A stretch of DNA of 20,000 bases, from IMG/VR virus record IMGVR_UViG_3300011339_000326. One strand, written 5' to 3'. The stretch comes from an uncultured virus (IMG/VR IMGVR_UViG_3300011339_000326). Its lineage: Duplodnaviria > Heunggongvirae > Uroviricota > Caudoviricetes. The notes beneath the pieces are model-generated. The model made no database searches and had not been told where the DNA came from. It saw only the letters and a list, made by a program, of their open reading frames with translations. The translations under genes and the position numbers were made by a program. Below are positions 1-9,281 of this stretch, piece after piece (positions within the stretch are counted from its first letter, which is position 1; each line of letters begins with the position of its first letter).

Positions 1-250
1 CATCCGCCTTATTTGCTTCGTAGTACCTATTCTTAGCCTTTTGCCCCGCGTCAGACTTGTTGTACGCCTTAAAGTAGCTAGCGCGAGTTTCAAGCGCTTT
101 TTGCCACTCAACCTTCAAACAATCTATACAGGCCCCCTTGGTCTTGCGTGGGGCAACGTGTCCGTGCTTGCAAGGCTCTCCAGTGAAATAGTGAGTTGCC
201 TTAGTCGCCGTAGCTTCGGCACGAGTTTTGGGTAGTTTCTGTGTGTCCAT
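1..250 (-). CDS. Putative HNH-type endonuclease, N-terminal part (runs off window start)
   Basis: Not in the ORF track because it is truncated. ATG at 250 follows an AGGAG RBS and translates as MDTQKLPKTRAEATATKATHYFTGEPCKHGHVAPRKTKGACIDCLK..., open to position 1. From recollection, the YFTGxPCKHGH...CxxC N-terminus is typical of free-standing phage HNH genes; the HNH domain itself would lie outside the window. Confidence 0.6.
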   Translation of the reverse strand, partial: MDTQKLPKTRAEATATKATHYFTGEPCKHGHVAPRKTKGACIDCLKVEWQKALETRASYFKAYNKSDAGQKAKNRYYEANKAD

Positions 251-313
251 TTATGCTCCTGTGGTTTGACACAGGTAATGTACCATAGAAGCGTGCTGGT
301 TACCAGTGGACGT

Positions 314-340
314 AAAAAAGGCCCCCGAAGGAGCCTTTTT
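314..340 (-). terminator. Rho-independent terminator after major capsid gene (possibly bidirectional)
   Basis: Minus strand reads AAAAA-GGCTCC-TTCG-GGGGCC-TTTTTT: a UUCG-loop hairpin plus U-tract, about 20 nt after the MCP stop. Confidence 0.9.
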
Positions 341-359
341 AGAACAACACCAGTCGTTT

Positions 360-1271
360 TTAAGACGAACCGGGGCTTCCGAACACGCCCAGAGGGTCAG
401 ACCAGCCAAAACTGTAACGCTCGCGGCTCTTATACCGGACATTGCCAGTGTCGAAGTCACCGTCCATTGAGTTAGCCAGAGGCGAACGCACAAAGTGCTT
501 CAGACCGTTGGGCACATCAGTGGTCAGATACCAACCATTGGTGTCGGTCAAGAAGTGGTTGATTGCATAGCCTTCAGGGATTGAACCGTTGCTCTTCAAC
601 GCATTGATATCGTTGTCGGTAGTGCCAACACGGAGGCTGGTTTCCAACAGACGGGTAGCAACGAATTGCAAAGCCGGGGGAACAATCATCTTTTTGGGCT
701 TCGCAGCGATCAGCAGACCACGCTCATCCGTCCAAGCAGCGATCTGAATGACAGCGGCTTCCAAAGAAGTCTCGTTCAAATCAGCGCCAACTGAGGGGCG
801 GTTAGAGTTGGTACCACCGTTGACCAGCGGGTGGGCAGTGGAAAACAAAGCAACGCCGTCGCCACCGGGGTAAGCCGCAGAGAAACCGTTGTTGATAACG
901 GCAGCGCCCTTGACTTGCTTGGTGTACGCCATCGCACGAGCCAGACCCTTGGTGTAACGAGCAGACAGTGAGTCATACAAGTTATCTTCCACGGCCTCTT
1001 CAGTGATGGAGAAGCCTAGAGCAATGGTTTCGTGGTTGTAGCGAGTCGTCCATGCTTCCTGTGCGTTGTCATAAGCGATGGCAGAACCCTCGTTTTTGAC
1101 TGGTGCAGCAGAGAAACCGGACAGCTTGGTTTCCTCTTCGAACGAACGCTCAGAAGATTCAACTTCGTAGAGTTCTTTGTGCTCCTCGCCGTAGCGAGAG
1201 TACTCAAGGCCAAACAAGGCATTGAGGCCGGGGAGCAGTTCTTTAAGTAGTTGTGCGCGTGAAATTGCCAT
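360..1271 (-). CDS. Major capsid protein (likely HK97 fold, Mu gpT-like family)
   Basis: 303 aa with AGGAG RBS. MAISRAQLLKELLPGLNALFG...LGFSITEEAVEDNLY...DGDFDTGNVRYKSRERYSFGWSDP resembles a widespread MCP family of aquatic phages. It is the last gene of the head operon and is followed by a terminator. Confidence 0.88.
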   Translation of the reverse strand: MAISRAQLLKELLPGLNALFGLEYSRYGEEHKELYEVESSERSFEEETKLSGFSAAPVKNEGSAIAYDNAQEAWTTRYNHETIALGFSITEEAVEDNLYDSLSARYTKGLARAMAYTKQVKGAAVINNGFSAAYPGGDGVALFSTAHPLVNGGTNSNRPSVGADLNETSLEAAVIQIAAWTDERGLLIAAKPKKMIVPPALQFVATRLLETSLRVGTTDNDINALKSNGSIPEGYAINHFLTDTNGWYLTTDVPNGLKHFVRSPLANSMDGDFDTGNVRYKSRERYSFGWSDPLGVFGSPGSS

Positions 1272-1282
1272 GATTTAGCTCC

Positions 1283-2119
1283 TTAAGCGCCAGTGGCAGA
1301 GTAGTAGCCATGCAGAGCTTGGTTCATTTTGACCAAGATTTCAGGATACTGAGTGAAAACCACAGTCGATGTGTAAACACCGGAGTTCAGCGTAAAGGTA
1401 GCAGCTTGGTCAAGCACAACAGAAGTTGCACCAGCGGCGGCAGCAGTTTTTACGAAAGAACCCGTCTGTGCAACTTGACCACTAGTGGTCAACACAGAAA
1501 CGTCCGTGCCAATTGGTAACGCAAACGGCAGAGCACTTACGGTCAAGGTACTAGTACCCGAACTGAAAGTAACTGTACCCAGCGATACTGCGGTCTCAGG
1601 CACAACACCAACCATGCGCAGAGGCAGAGTGGTAGTGACTGGGGTGTCCGTAGGAGCCAGAACAGCATTGGAAGAATTGCCGGTATTGGTGTTACCAGTA
1701 GCGTTATTGATGGCTGACAGGTTAGTGCCAATCATCGCCAAAGCGCCAGAAGCAACAGTAGTGCCGGAACTGCAAACAACAGCCTTGAACACAGCATCAG
1801 GGTCGTCCAAAATATAGGCTTGGCAGTCACCGGCAGCGGTGCTTGCGGGCCAATATTGCGAGAACAACTTTTGCTTAGTTGTGGGGTTGGTGAAAGTGCA
1901 GCCCAAGAAGATACCGACAGTCTGGTTCAAACCAGTACCGGCAGCAACGGCAGCGCGTGTGGCAAAGCCACGGGATAGGACAACAAAATCACCATAGAAG
2001 ATGTTAGTCGCATAACCGTACTGGATGTTGTACATGCGGGTAGAACCAGCAAATACTTGACCTCCAATTAGGTTCTGCGGCAACAGCCCATACGGTGCTG
2101 ATACTACAGGGTAAGCCAT
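1283..2119 (-). CDS. Virion structural protein, probable capsid decoration/minor head protein
   Basis: 278 aa, rich in A/T/G/V (beta-rich), AGGAG RBS, directly upstream of MCP. Confidence 0.6.
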   Translation of the reverse strand: MAYPVVSAPYGLLPQNLIGGQVFAGSTRMYNIQYGYATNIFYGDFVVLSRGFATRAAVAAGTGLNQTVGIFLGCTFTNPTTKQKLFSQYWPASTAAGDCQAYILDDPDAVFKAVVCSSGTTVASGALAMIGTNLSAINNATGNTNTGNSSNAVLAPTDTPVTTTLPLRMVGVVPETAVSLGTVTFSSGTSTLTVSALPFALPIGTDVSVLTTSGQVAQTGSFVKTAAAAGATSVVLDQAATFTLNSGVYTSTVVFTQYPEILVKMNQALHGYYSATGA

Positions 2120-2137
2120 TTAAGACTCCTTAAAAAA

Positions 2138-2605
2138 TTAAGAACCAGAACCAAACGTCACTTTTGTCGATTTTTCTGAAAACTTCGACATCCGTGGATC
2201 GTTATCTCGAAGAAAGTTATTGTCTACTGACTCCATCTGAGCTTTGTTCTGATTAGCGTAATAAGCAGAACGCTGTTTCAGAAACTCTTCTGGAATACGG
2301 CAAAGCAATAGTCCGCCTACTTCGACGTTGCCTTTGAAACGTCCTTCAGTAGAAGCGTGCACCAATAGCTCAGGATAGTCCTCTGCTTTGCAGGGCTCAT
2401 ACCCCTCGCGTAACTTAGAAGAAGTGTTACTAGGATCAGCTTGTCCCAGCATGCTAATACGAACCCAGCGATGATCCCAACCCGGACGTTTATCCGGTGA
2501 TGGCAGCGTTTCTGGAGGACGCCAAGCAGTAGGGCGTGCAAAAGATTCACGACTGTCCAGTTCACGAACCAGACGGTTTTGAGTTTTGTCCAAAGTCTTT
2601 TCCAT
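2138..2605 (-). CDS. Conserved head-module hypothetical protein
   Basis: 155 aa between the scaffold-like gene and the capsid genes, with a WxPP...RWVR...GYEP...EVGGLLLCRIP motif pattern typical of this phage type. Confidence 0.65.
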   Translation of the reverse strand: MEKTLDKTQNRLVRELDSRESFARPTAWRPPETLPSPDKRPGWDHRWVRISMLGQADPSNTSSKLREGYEPCKAEDYPELLVHASTEGRFKGNVEVGGLLLCRIPEEFLKQRSAYYANQNKAQMESVDNNFLRDNDPRMSKFSEKSTKVTFGSGS

Positions 2606-2607
2606 TT

Positions 2608-3612
2608 TTAACCTCTAGTAAGTAAAGCAACCTGTTTCGCGTATTGTTCTGGGGTCACCCCAAGTCGCCGGGCAATGGCTACTTCGGATGCCTTTAACCG
2701 AATACGGTTAGGCGGTGTGCTGCGGGTAGCTGGAGCTACAACCGAAGCTGGTTTTGTTGCACGGACGGGGGTGTAATCCTCCTCCGGTTCAGAAACTTTT
2801 TTGGAAGGAGTTTCATCATCCTCATAGCTCTGAGAGTCTGAAAAACTCTCAGGAAAACGCTTTCGCATTGTTTTGTCAATGGTCTCAAAGTAGTCTTTGG
2901 AACCAATATAGTCAGCACCATACTGCCTTTGCAGCTTTCTGTCAAGTCCTGATGCTGCAGCAGTCATTTCTTCGTCTTTGCCCCACCAGTCTGAGTTTGC
3001 TTCTAGCCACTTAGCAGTACGTGGTGCAAGTTGTGGTGGGGCGTTTTGCGGTTGCTCAGGTATAAACCTATTAGTCTCGGCTGGGATAGGCTGCATATTT
3101 TCAGCCTTGTCCAATCTCAACGTAGCTTTGGCAATTCTGGTCTGCGCTGCAGCAATAAGGTCGGGGTCCCCAGCCTCGTAGGCTTCTTTGTACCCACGTT
3201 CAGCAGCCGCCAAGTCACTTTCTGCAGAGGTTTTGTTCTGCGCAATAAATGCTTGGCTTCCTGTAGAAAGCTGTTGTTGTAGGCGTTTGTTGTCTTCAAA
3301 CACTTGTTTTGCAAAGGTCTCCGCAGCTTGGCGCTCACGGATAGCCTCTTCTTTCGCTCGGCGCTCGTCGTGGTACCCACGAGTAAACTTCTTGATGCGT
3401 GCCTGTACCTTCTCGTCGTACGAAGCAAGCTCGTCTTCAGAAGCATCTTCAGGCGGGGGCGCAGCTTTGCGATTGCGGTCTTCCGGTGGCGTATCGTTCT
3501 CGATCTCAATTACAAACTCGCCATCACCCGCTTCTGTACCTACGGGTTTACCCTTAGCCTCAGCTTCCTTTTCGTCGGGGAACTTGAATTCGTCTTGTCC
3601 AAATCTAGCCAT
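2608..3612 (-). CDS. Putative capsid scaffolding protein
   Basis: 334 aa with an acidic N-terminus, a long coiled-coil and a short C-terminal helical domain (LKASEVAIARRLGVTPEQYAKQV). Located between portal and MCP. Confidence 0.6.
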   Translation of the reverse strand: MARFGQDEFKFPDEKEAEAKGKPVGTEAGDGEFVIEIENDTPPEDRNRKAAPPPEDASEDELASYDEKVQARIKKFTRGYHDERRAKEEAIRERQAAETFAKQVFEDNKRLQQQLSTGSQAFIAQNKTSAESDLAAAERGYKEAYEAGDPDLIAAAQTRIAKATLRLDKAENMQPIPAETNRFIPEQPQNAPPQLAPRTAKWLEANSDWWGKDEEMTAAASGLDRKLQRQYGADYIGSKDYFETIDKTMRKRFPESFSDSQSYEDDETPSKKVSEPEEDYTPVRATKPASVVAPATRSTPPNRIRLKASEVAIARRLGVTPEQYAKQVALLTRG

Positions 3613-3622
3613 TATTTACTCC

Positions 3623-4033
3623 TTATGCAGCGCGGGTAATTCCACGCGGATCGTCAACTGTTGCTTCAACCGAGTCATCATTGATGATTCGGAACTCGCG
3701 GCCATGAATCTTCAAACGGGTACCGGAATTTGGTCGGCAAATAACAAAATCACCTTCCGCGCACGATGGCCCATTGGGGAAACGAGTCGCGTCTTTGTAC
3801 GCATCAGGTCCAAGTTTCACTACAAATAGCACTGGGGTCAGCACCTCTTCATAGTGCATAGTCTTTGAGTCTTTGATAATCCCCACAGAACTCTCTGCAA
3901 ACTCCTCCATAGCCTCTGGGACTACGCAAAGAACGTGAAAGGTTTTGGGGTCAGGCAACTGCTTCGCTTTTTCCTCGGCACCCTTATTCAGAATACCGGA
4001 GAGGTCCACCGCAGTGATGTCAAATTCACTCAT
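3623..4033 (-). CDS. groES: GroES/Cpn10-like co-chaperonin
   Basis: 136 aa. The pattern P..FHVLCV...SVGII......VVKLGPDAY...CAEGDFV....SGTRLKIHGREFRIINDDSVEATV follows the Cpn10 fold (mobile-loop GII, V..GP, GD.V, G..I.I.G.E..I..D). Confidence 0.8.
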   Translation of the reverse strand: MSEFDITAVDLSGILNKGAEEKAKQLPDPKTFHVLCVVPEAMEEFAESSVGIIKDSKTMHYEEVLTPVLFVVKLGPDAYKDATRFPNGPSCAEGDFVICRPNSGTRLKIHGREFRIINDDSVEATVDDPRGITRAA

Positions 4034-4226
4034 CTTCAGATTTCTCCATACGTTGCACGAGGTCGTTTAGGATAGATTCTGCATGGCTCAGACCCCGGAT
4101 GATCCCGCAGATGTGCCGGTATTCAGGGTAGTCCCCTGCTCTCCCAGCGGAAAGAAAACTCGCTTGCTCATTACGCAATTTGTCTATCTCTCGGGCAATG
4201 AACCCGAGCAAGCGATGTTGATCCAT
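4026..4226 (-). CDS. Small hypothetical protein
   Basis: 66 aa, overlapping both the portal stop and the GroES start (coupled). Carries a DYPEYRHICGIIRGL motif. Confidence 0.7.
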   Translation of the reverse strand: MDQHRLLGFIAREIDKLRNEQASFLSAGRAGDYPEYRHICGIIRGLSHAESILNDLVQRMEKSEDE

Positions 4227-6727
4227 TATTTAGTTTCCTTAGCGGGTTTTGGCTGCTGCTGTTGCTGCATACGTTGTTGAGCTTGTTGCCGTTGCTGTTG
4301 CGCCAACTGCGACTGGTGCTTCGAGATGTCCACGCGCAAGCGGGCGGTATCTGTTTCTTGCTGTTTAGCCACCCGATCTCGTGCAGTGGCTGAATTAGCC
4401 GCAATCTGCATACGCGCAATCTCCTTCTGAGCCTCAATGCGGGCCTGCTCAACAGTCAATTGCGCTGCTTTGGCGTGTGCCTCGGCGTTCTGCTTCTGCT
4501 CCTTGAGCCTCAGTTCCTGCTGCTTGATCTGCAGTTCCTGCTGTTGCATTTGTACAACAGGGTCTTGCTGCTGTTGCTGCGCTGCTTGTTGCTTCGCTTC
4601 CTGCTGGTTCTGCTGCAGTAGTTTCTGCGATGCCTGCGCTGCCATCATTGCAATACGATCAGCAAGTTCTGGAGTGACCTCTTTGTTCTGCTCCTTAGTC
4701 GGCAGCGGCAAGCCCATCTCCATCTCAACCTGCTTGCGGTACTCAAACGCAATATGCTCGTTCATGTGAGCCATAGCTGCCGCCATGATTGCCGGTGCTT
4801 GGGGATTCATCTGCATCAACTGCTGAATCTTGGGGTCTTGCATCGCCGCTTGGTGCACTGCAATATGCGCTTGGTGATTCTGCTCAATGAACGCCTTTAC
4901 CGGCTTGCCTGTGAGGACGTCTTGGTTCTCCTGCACGGGGTCCACTGGAACTGCGTCATCTTCAGTAGGTACAAGTTTGGCTGCGTTTTTAACCCCTAAA
5001 ATCTCAATCATCTGGCGGTGCAGGAGCGGGAGGTCATACAACTGAGGTGCTGACTGGGCCAACTGCAGTACTGCCTGATACTGCACAACCTTCTGCGCCA
5101 TCGTTGCGGCGTTAGGATCACTAACCGGAATAACGTCCACCGCGTCATAGTCGGACTTCTTAACATCCCGATCCCCGCCCTCTGGCTTGTAGTCGTATTC
5201 TTCCGGTGTGTAGTCTGCAATGATGACCTTCAGCAGTTTGAACTCCTGCTTCATCGCATAGTGCAGGCGAGCCTGAACTGCAGACATGACCTTTAACGTG
5301 CGCTCAAGCAGGGCCAAAGTGGTGCCAACTGGAGCGTTTGCGCTCATATCACTCACGTTCATGTCGCCCGATGACGCAAACGCACGGCCTTCAGACACGA
5401 TATTTTGGAATAAAGCGAATAGAACTTGGCTAGGTTCTTTGTACGGCAAGGGGAGAATGTTGTCTCTGATGCTGCCGCTTGGCACATCCACATCCCTAAA
5501 TTCACCCGGAGCAATGGGCGTATCGTCCCCTTTAATCCGTAGACCACGGGATTTCAGACCACCGGGCAAGTTGCTCAGTGTGCCAGCATCCACCAACTGA
5601 CGGATCAACATCGTGGATGACTTGGCGTAGCCACCAATCAAGTGGATCAGACCATATCCGTAGAACCCAAAGCCGGGGATGTACTGGTAGTGTACGAAGT
5701 GCTGGCGTTTCAGGTGCAGCTTGTCTCCCTCGTACCAATTCCTACGCACGGACAAGACCTTTGTAGTGCCCTTCTCAATAGTGACTACATACGGCAGGGC
5801 TATGCCTGTCATCTCACCTTCACTGTCTTTGTCCTCATACCCCTCAAGGTCCAAGTCAACGTGCATCTCTAGTATGCGGAACCGATTGTCCTGTGTAGCA
5901 GACAGGCCCATCTCCTCGGCCTTTTGCTTCTCGATGTCGTCCAATTCATTCGACGGCTCACCAAGCTCAACATCTGAGTAGAACCCAGCAGCCATCAGCT
6001 TCTTCAACTCATTCGGTGTCTTCCGCATCACGTGCGTAACCCGCTCCGCTGTCTCTAAACTAGACGCACCATACGGCACGACAATATCCTCTGCGGGAAT
6101 AAACATCGCCACCTGCCGACCTTTGCTCGGGTCGTAGTACACCTTCTTGAACGCTGAGCCTGCCAGCGGCAACGACCACAATAGCTTCTCATGTTCTGGC
6201 CGGTACTCAGCCATTACCTCGGTCAACTGGTAATTCATGTCATCACGAACACGGGCGGCAGATTCCTCAGCCAATACGTCAATTGCCCCAATAATCTGGG
6301 TCTTCACCGGGCCCATAGCCGGGAACGTCTCCATCATTGCTTCTGACTGGAACCTTACAACACTCTCAGTAAGCATTGGGTGGAACACACCACAAGCGCC
6401 ATTCCACGGTTCTGTACGCTCTTCGTACTTCAATCCAAGTAGCTTCAGCCCTTCTACATACGTGCGCATCCAGTCCTTGCGGTCCATCAGGTCTTTGTCA
6501 ACCTCTGATACAAGCTCTGAGCCCAAGGAGTCCAGCACGCTGTCACTGATGTACTCAGCGAGGTTGTCGTCGAACCCCTCCTCGTTACCTTCTCCCGGCT
6601 CCAAGTCAATCTCTAGCCCGCCTATGTCAATGTGCACAGCCTCCGGGTCCTCGATCTCAATCTCAATGTCAGGCTGCAGTGACTCAAGCCCCTGCGGTGC
6701 TGCGTATAAACCTTTGTCCATTGCCAT
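4226..6727 (-). CDS. Portal protein
   Basis: 833 aa directly downstream of TerL. Contains HPMLTESVVRFQ, GSAFKKVYYD and GFGFYGYGLIHLIGG segments and a long Q-rich coiled-coil C-terminus (P22-like barrel). Confidence 0.85.
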   Translation of the reverse strand: MAMDKGLYAAPQGLESLQPDIEIEIEDPEAVHIDIGGLEIDLEPGEGNEEGFDDNLAEYISDSVLDSLGSELVSEVDKDLMDRKDWMRTYVEGLKLLGLKYEERTEPWNGACGVFHPMLTESVVRFQSEAMMETFPAMGPVKTQIIGAIDVLAEESAARVRDDMNYQLTEVMAEYRPEHEKLLWSLPLAGSAFKKVYYDPSKGRQVAMFIPAEDIVVPYGASSLETAERVTHVMRKTPNELKKLMAAGFYSDVELGEPSNELDDIEKQKAEEMGLSATQDNRFRILEMHVDLDLEGYEDKDSEGEMTGIALPYVVTIEKGTTKVLSVRRNWYEGDKLHLKRQHFVHYQYIPGFGFYGYGLIHLIGGYAKSSTMLIRQLVDAGTLSNLPGGLKSRGLRIKGDDTPIAPGEFRDVDVPSGSIRDNILPLPYKEPSQVLFALFQNIVSEGRAFASSGDMNVSDMSANAPVGTTLALLERTLKVMSAVQARLHYAMKQEFKLLKVIIADYTPEEYDYKPEGGDRDVKKSDYDAVDVIPVSDPNAATMAQKVVQYQAVLQLAQSAPQLYDLPLLHRQMIEILGVKNAAKLVPTEDDAVPVDPVQENQDVLTGKPVKAFIEQNHQAHIAVHQAAMQDPKIQQLMQMNPQAPAIMAAAMAHMNEHIAFEYRKQVEMEMGLPLPTKEQNKEVTPELADRIAMMAAQASQKLLQQNQQEAKQQAAQQQQQDPVVQMQQQELQIKQQELRLKEQKQNAEAHAKAAQLTVEQARIEAQKEIARMQIAANSATARDRVAKQQETDTARLRVDISKHQSQLAQQQRQQAQQRMQQQQQPKPAKETK

Positions 6728-6738
6728 GATGTATCCTT

Positions 6739-6774
6739 AAACTGTGTAGAACCGTTTCAAACTGTGTAGAACCG
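6739..6774. repeat. 16-bp tandem direct repeat (AAACTGTGTAGAACCG x2, 20-bp period) at terL 3' end
   Basis: Copies at 6739-6754 and 6759-6774. On the minus strand both read CGGTTCTACACAGTTT, one followed by GA (the TerL TGA stop) and the other by AA (TAA). Confidence 0.95.
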
Positions 6775-8280
6775 CTCTCGGCGGGCACTTTTGAACCACT
6801 TGATCTCTTCTGGTTCGTCAGTGGGCAGTCGTAGGAACCCACCCTGTCTGAACCGCATGAGTGCTAATGTTGTGGCGTCAACCAAGTCATCGTGTTCCCC
6901 GGAAGGAAACGAAGCAACCTCGTCAACTAGCTCCTCGGCCCATCGGGTACGGGGAACCCACACTTTTCCAGACGCAATTATGTCCGAGACCGCATTTAGA
7001 CGAGCAATTTTGTCTTGGCCCTTACCCGGCGTAAACTCCTGCACAGGTATGCCCATTGAGCGAAGCTCGTAGATCAAAGGTGCGCCACTAGCTTTTTTCT
7101 CGATCAACACCCCATCAGGCTCGTACTCGTTGTACTCCTTGAGCACATCTTTCTTTAAGTCCGGGTACTCGACCCGCTTCTTATATGTGTTCAGCAGGAT
7201 GATGTTAGGCGCATTATTGTCCTCGTCTAGGTTAAATATGCCCCATGTAGTGCCCGCAGAATAGTCAGCCCGTTGGTTTTTCTCAAAAGCTGTGTCCCAT
7301 GTCTGCAAAATGTAGTCACAACGGGGTGGATCATCCTTTTCCCACCACTTCCACCAGTCGCGTTTTACGATGGCGCTTTCGTTGCCAACAGGATTCTGCT
7401 GATACTGTGCCTGCCATTTGGAGTTTGGCAGTTCAGCACGGAGGGCTTCAAGCTCTTCGAGGGGCCAGAATTCGGGCCAAAGAGGAGTACCGGACGGCAA
7501 AATGGCCGGAAATTCGATGACTTCCCAATCTTCACCTGCTCGTTGTGCTGCACTTTTGAGTACCTGTCCAGTTAAATCCCGCTGAGCCCAGCGCGTCATC
7601 ACTATAACAATAGCCGCACTTGGCTGCAAACGCTGTCTTGGCCCCGATGTATACCACTCGTACACCTTATCGTAGACTTCTGGGTTGCTGGAGGCCATCG
7701 CAGCCTCTTGTTCTGAGTGCGGATCGTCAATAATGAGCACATCTGCGCCCTTACCGGTCACCGTACCCCCTACGCCGATAGCAAAATAGTCACCGCCCTT
7801 GCTGGTATTCCACCTACCCGCAGCTTTTGAGTCTGCTTGGAGCGTCAATTCGGGAAAAATGTCATGGTAAACCTCGGAATCGACCAGATTTCGCACCTTT
7901 CGACCAAAACCAACTGCCAACTCGCCCGTATTTGAGGTCTGAATCACCTTCTTGTGTGGAAACTTACCTAGAAACCACGCAGGGAGCAGATAAGACGCAA
8001 ATTCTGACTTGGTATGCCGGGGCGGCATGTTGATAATGAGTCGTTTACATGTCCCGTTCGCAACTCGCTCAAACGCTTCGGCCATCCGCTTATGGTGCCT
8101 ACCCGAAATGAAGCTCGGCCACACCGCTTCCACAAACTTGATGAACTTAGTCTGACTAAGCTCCCGTTGTTTCATCTTCTCCAGCTTATCTAGCTGCGCT
8201 TCCAGCACGCGCATGTCCGACTCGGAGAGTTTCCCCGTATTTATGAGCGTCTCGATATCTCTAAGCGAGATGTTACTCAT
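6757..8280 (-). CDS. terL: Terminase large subunit
   Basis: 507 aa with Walker A variant INMPPRHTKS, Walker B VLIIDDPH, coupling motif VMTRW, and RNase H-like nuclease residues in QTWDTA, IEKKASG and HDDLVDA. Confidence 0.96.
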   Translation of the reverse strand: MSNISLRDIETLINTGKLSESDMRVLEAQLDKLEKMKQRELSQTKFIKFVEAVWPSFISGRHHKRMAEAFERVANGTCKRLIINMPPRHTKSEFASYLLPAWFLGKFPHKKVIQTSNTGELAVGFGRKVRNLVDSEVYHDIFPELTLQADSKAAGRWNTSKGGDYFAIGVGGTVTGKGADVLIIDDPHSEQEAAMASSNPEVYDKVYEWYTSGPRQRLQPSAAIVIVMTRWAQRDLTGQVLKSAAQRAGEDWEVIEFPAILPSGTPLWPEFWPLEELEALRAELPNSKWQAQYQQNPVGNESAIVKRDWWKWWEKDDPPRCDYILQTWDTAFEKNQRADYSAGTTWGIFNLDEDNNAPNIILLNTYKKRVEYPDLKKDVLKEYNEYEPDGVLIEKKASGAPLIYELRSMGIPVQEFTPGKGQDKIARLNAVSDIIASGKVWVPRTRWAEELVDEVASFPSGEHDDLVDATTLALMRFRQGGFLRLPTDEPEEIKWFKSARRERFYTV

Positions 8281-8881
8281 CTTGGGTTTGCTCTAGGTCT
8301 AGTTCTGGTTCTGGTTCAGGCACAGGCTCGGGTAGTCCTAGCTGCGCATCCAGATCATCTATTGGGGTTACGTCCGTAACCGTAGTATTCAGCAGACGTT
8401 TGACTCGTTCCTTGATGGAGTTCTCAAGAGACGCAGACGTTGTATGGTGCACAGTAATCTCGCTGCGCTCTGTAAAAATTCCTATGTCGCTGTGCTTGCC
8501 CAAAAGCTCCAACGCCTTTAGTTCAAACCGAGGGTCTCCGCAGTCTGCCAACTCGATGAGCTTATTGGTGATGAAGTTGCGGGCCTGAATTGCATCCGCA
8601 ATCGCTTGGTAGTCGTAAACCTTGAGGATTTGCGCAGCCTTCTTGGCTACGCCGGGGATAGATACAGTTTTTGGTTCTTCGCCCTTTGCCTCCCCCTTGA
8701 TCAGGGTGCGGGCCTTCGCTTCGTCCTCTTCTGAGAAATCAATGCTGCCCCCCAACTGATCTATGAGGTCTGCAGTATTTGCAGCAATGGCAATACTGTC
8801 TGCATGCGTTTTGGGCTGCTCTGCGGACAGATCAAAGGGCAGTGGATGTTCTGCAGTAGGCGTAATTTCTATCATGTGCAC
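8273..8881 (-). CDS. Putative terminase small subunit
   Basis: 202 aa, overlapping the terL start and first gene of the packaging operon. The helical ELKALELLGKHSDIGIF segment resembles TerS oligomerisation regions. Start codon uncertain. Confidence 0.55.
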   Translation of the reverse strand: MHMIEITPTAEHPLPFDLSAEQPKTHADSIAIAANTADLIDQLGGSIDFSEEDEAKARTLIKGEAKGEEPKTVSIPGVAKKAAQILKVYDYQAIADAIQARNFITNKLIELADCGDPRFELKALELLGKHSDIGIFTERSEITVHHTTSASLENSIKERVKRLLNTTVTDVTPIDDLDAQLGLPEPVPEPEPELDLEQTQDE

Positions 8882-8923
8882 CGGGTTAGCGGGAGTTGGG
8901 CCAAATGTAACACAAAAATATAT

Positions 8924-9114
8924 GGGGGTGGGGGTGTTTGATTTAGAAAAGTGACGGGGGGTGTTTCTGGGGCAGCAGTTGGCGGAATGGCTTGGTGGAT
9001 TTTGTAGGGGGTGGGGGGTGTTTTGTTAGGAAAAATTTAAAAGTGAGTATCGGGTGTGCAACGCACAGAGTATAGGTACCGGGTACCCTAAACAGCCCTT
9101 TCGGGGTGGTGGGG
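8924..9114. repeat. G-tract-rich intergenic junction (GGGGGTGTTT x3, GGTACC palindromes); possible packaging/terminus region
   Basis: GGGGGTGTTT at 8930, 8957 and 9014; GGTACCGGGTACC at 9075-9087; GGGGTGGTGGGG at 9103-9114. Lies between the divergent operons. The function is inferred. Confidence 0.55.
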
Positions 9115-9281
9115 TCGTCGTCAGCGTCGCCATCTAAACTTGTTAGGCCGTACGGGGTCTGATTCCCTGTATTTATTGTCCACGCTTATTATGGTTTTTC
9201 GTCATACGATGTTATACATTAGACCCATCGATTCATACAGCACATTGCCTGTATGTCGATTAAACCTAGAAGGGGTTTATC

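Noticed and set aside
4230..4640. CTG/TTG triplet-rich tract
   Set aside because: Explained by the Gln-rich coiled-coil tail of the portal protein.
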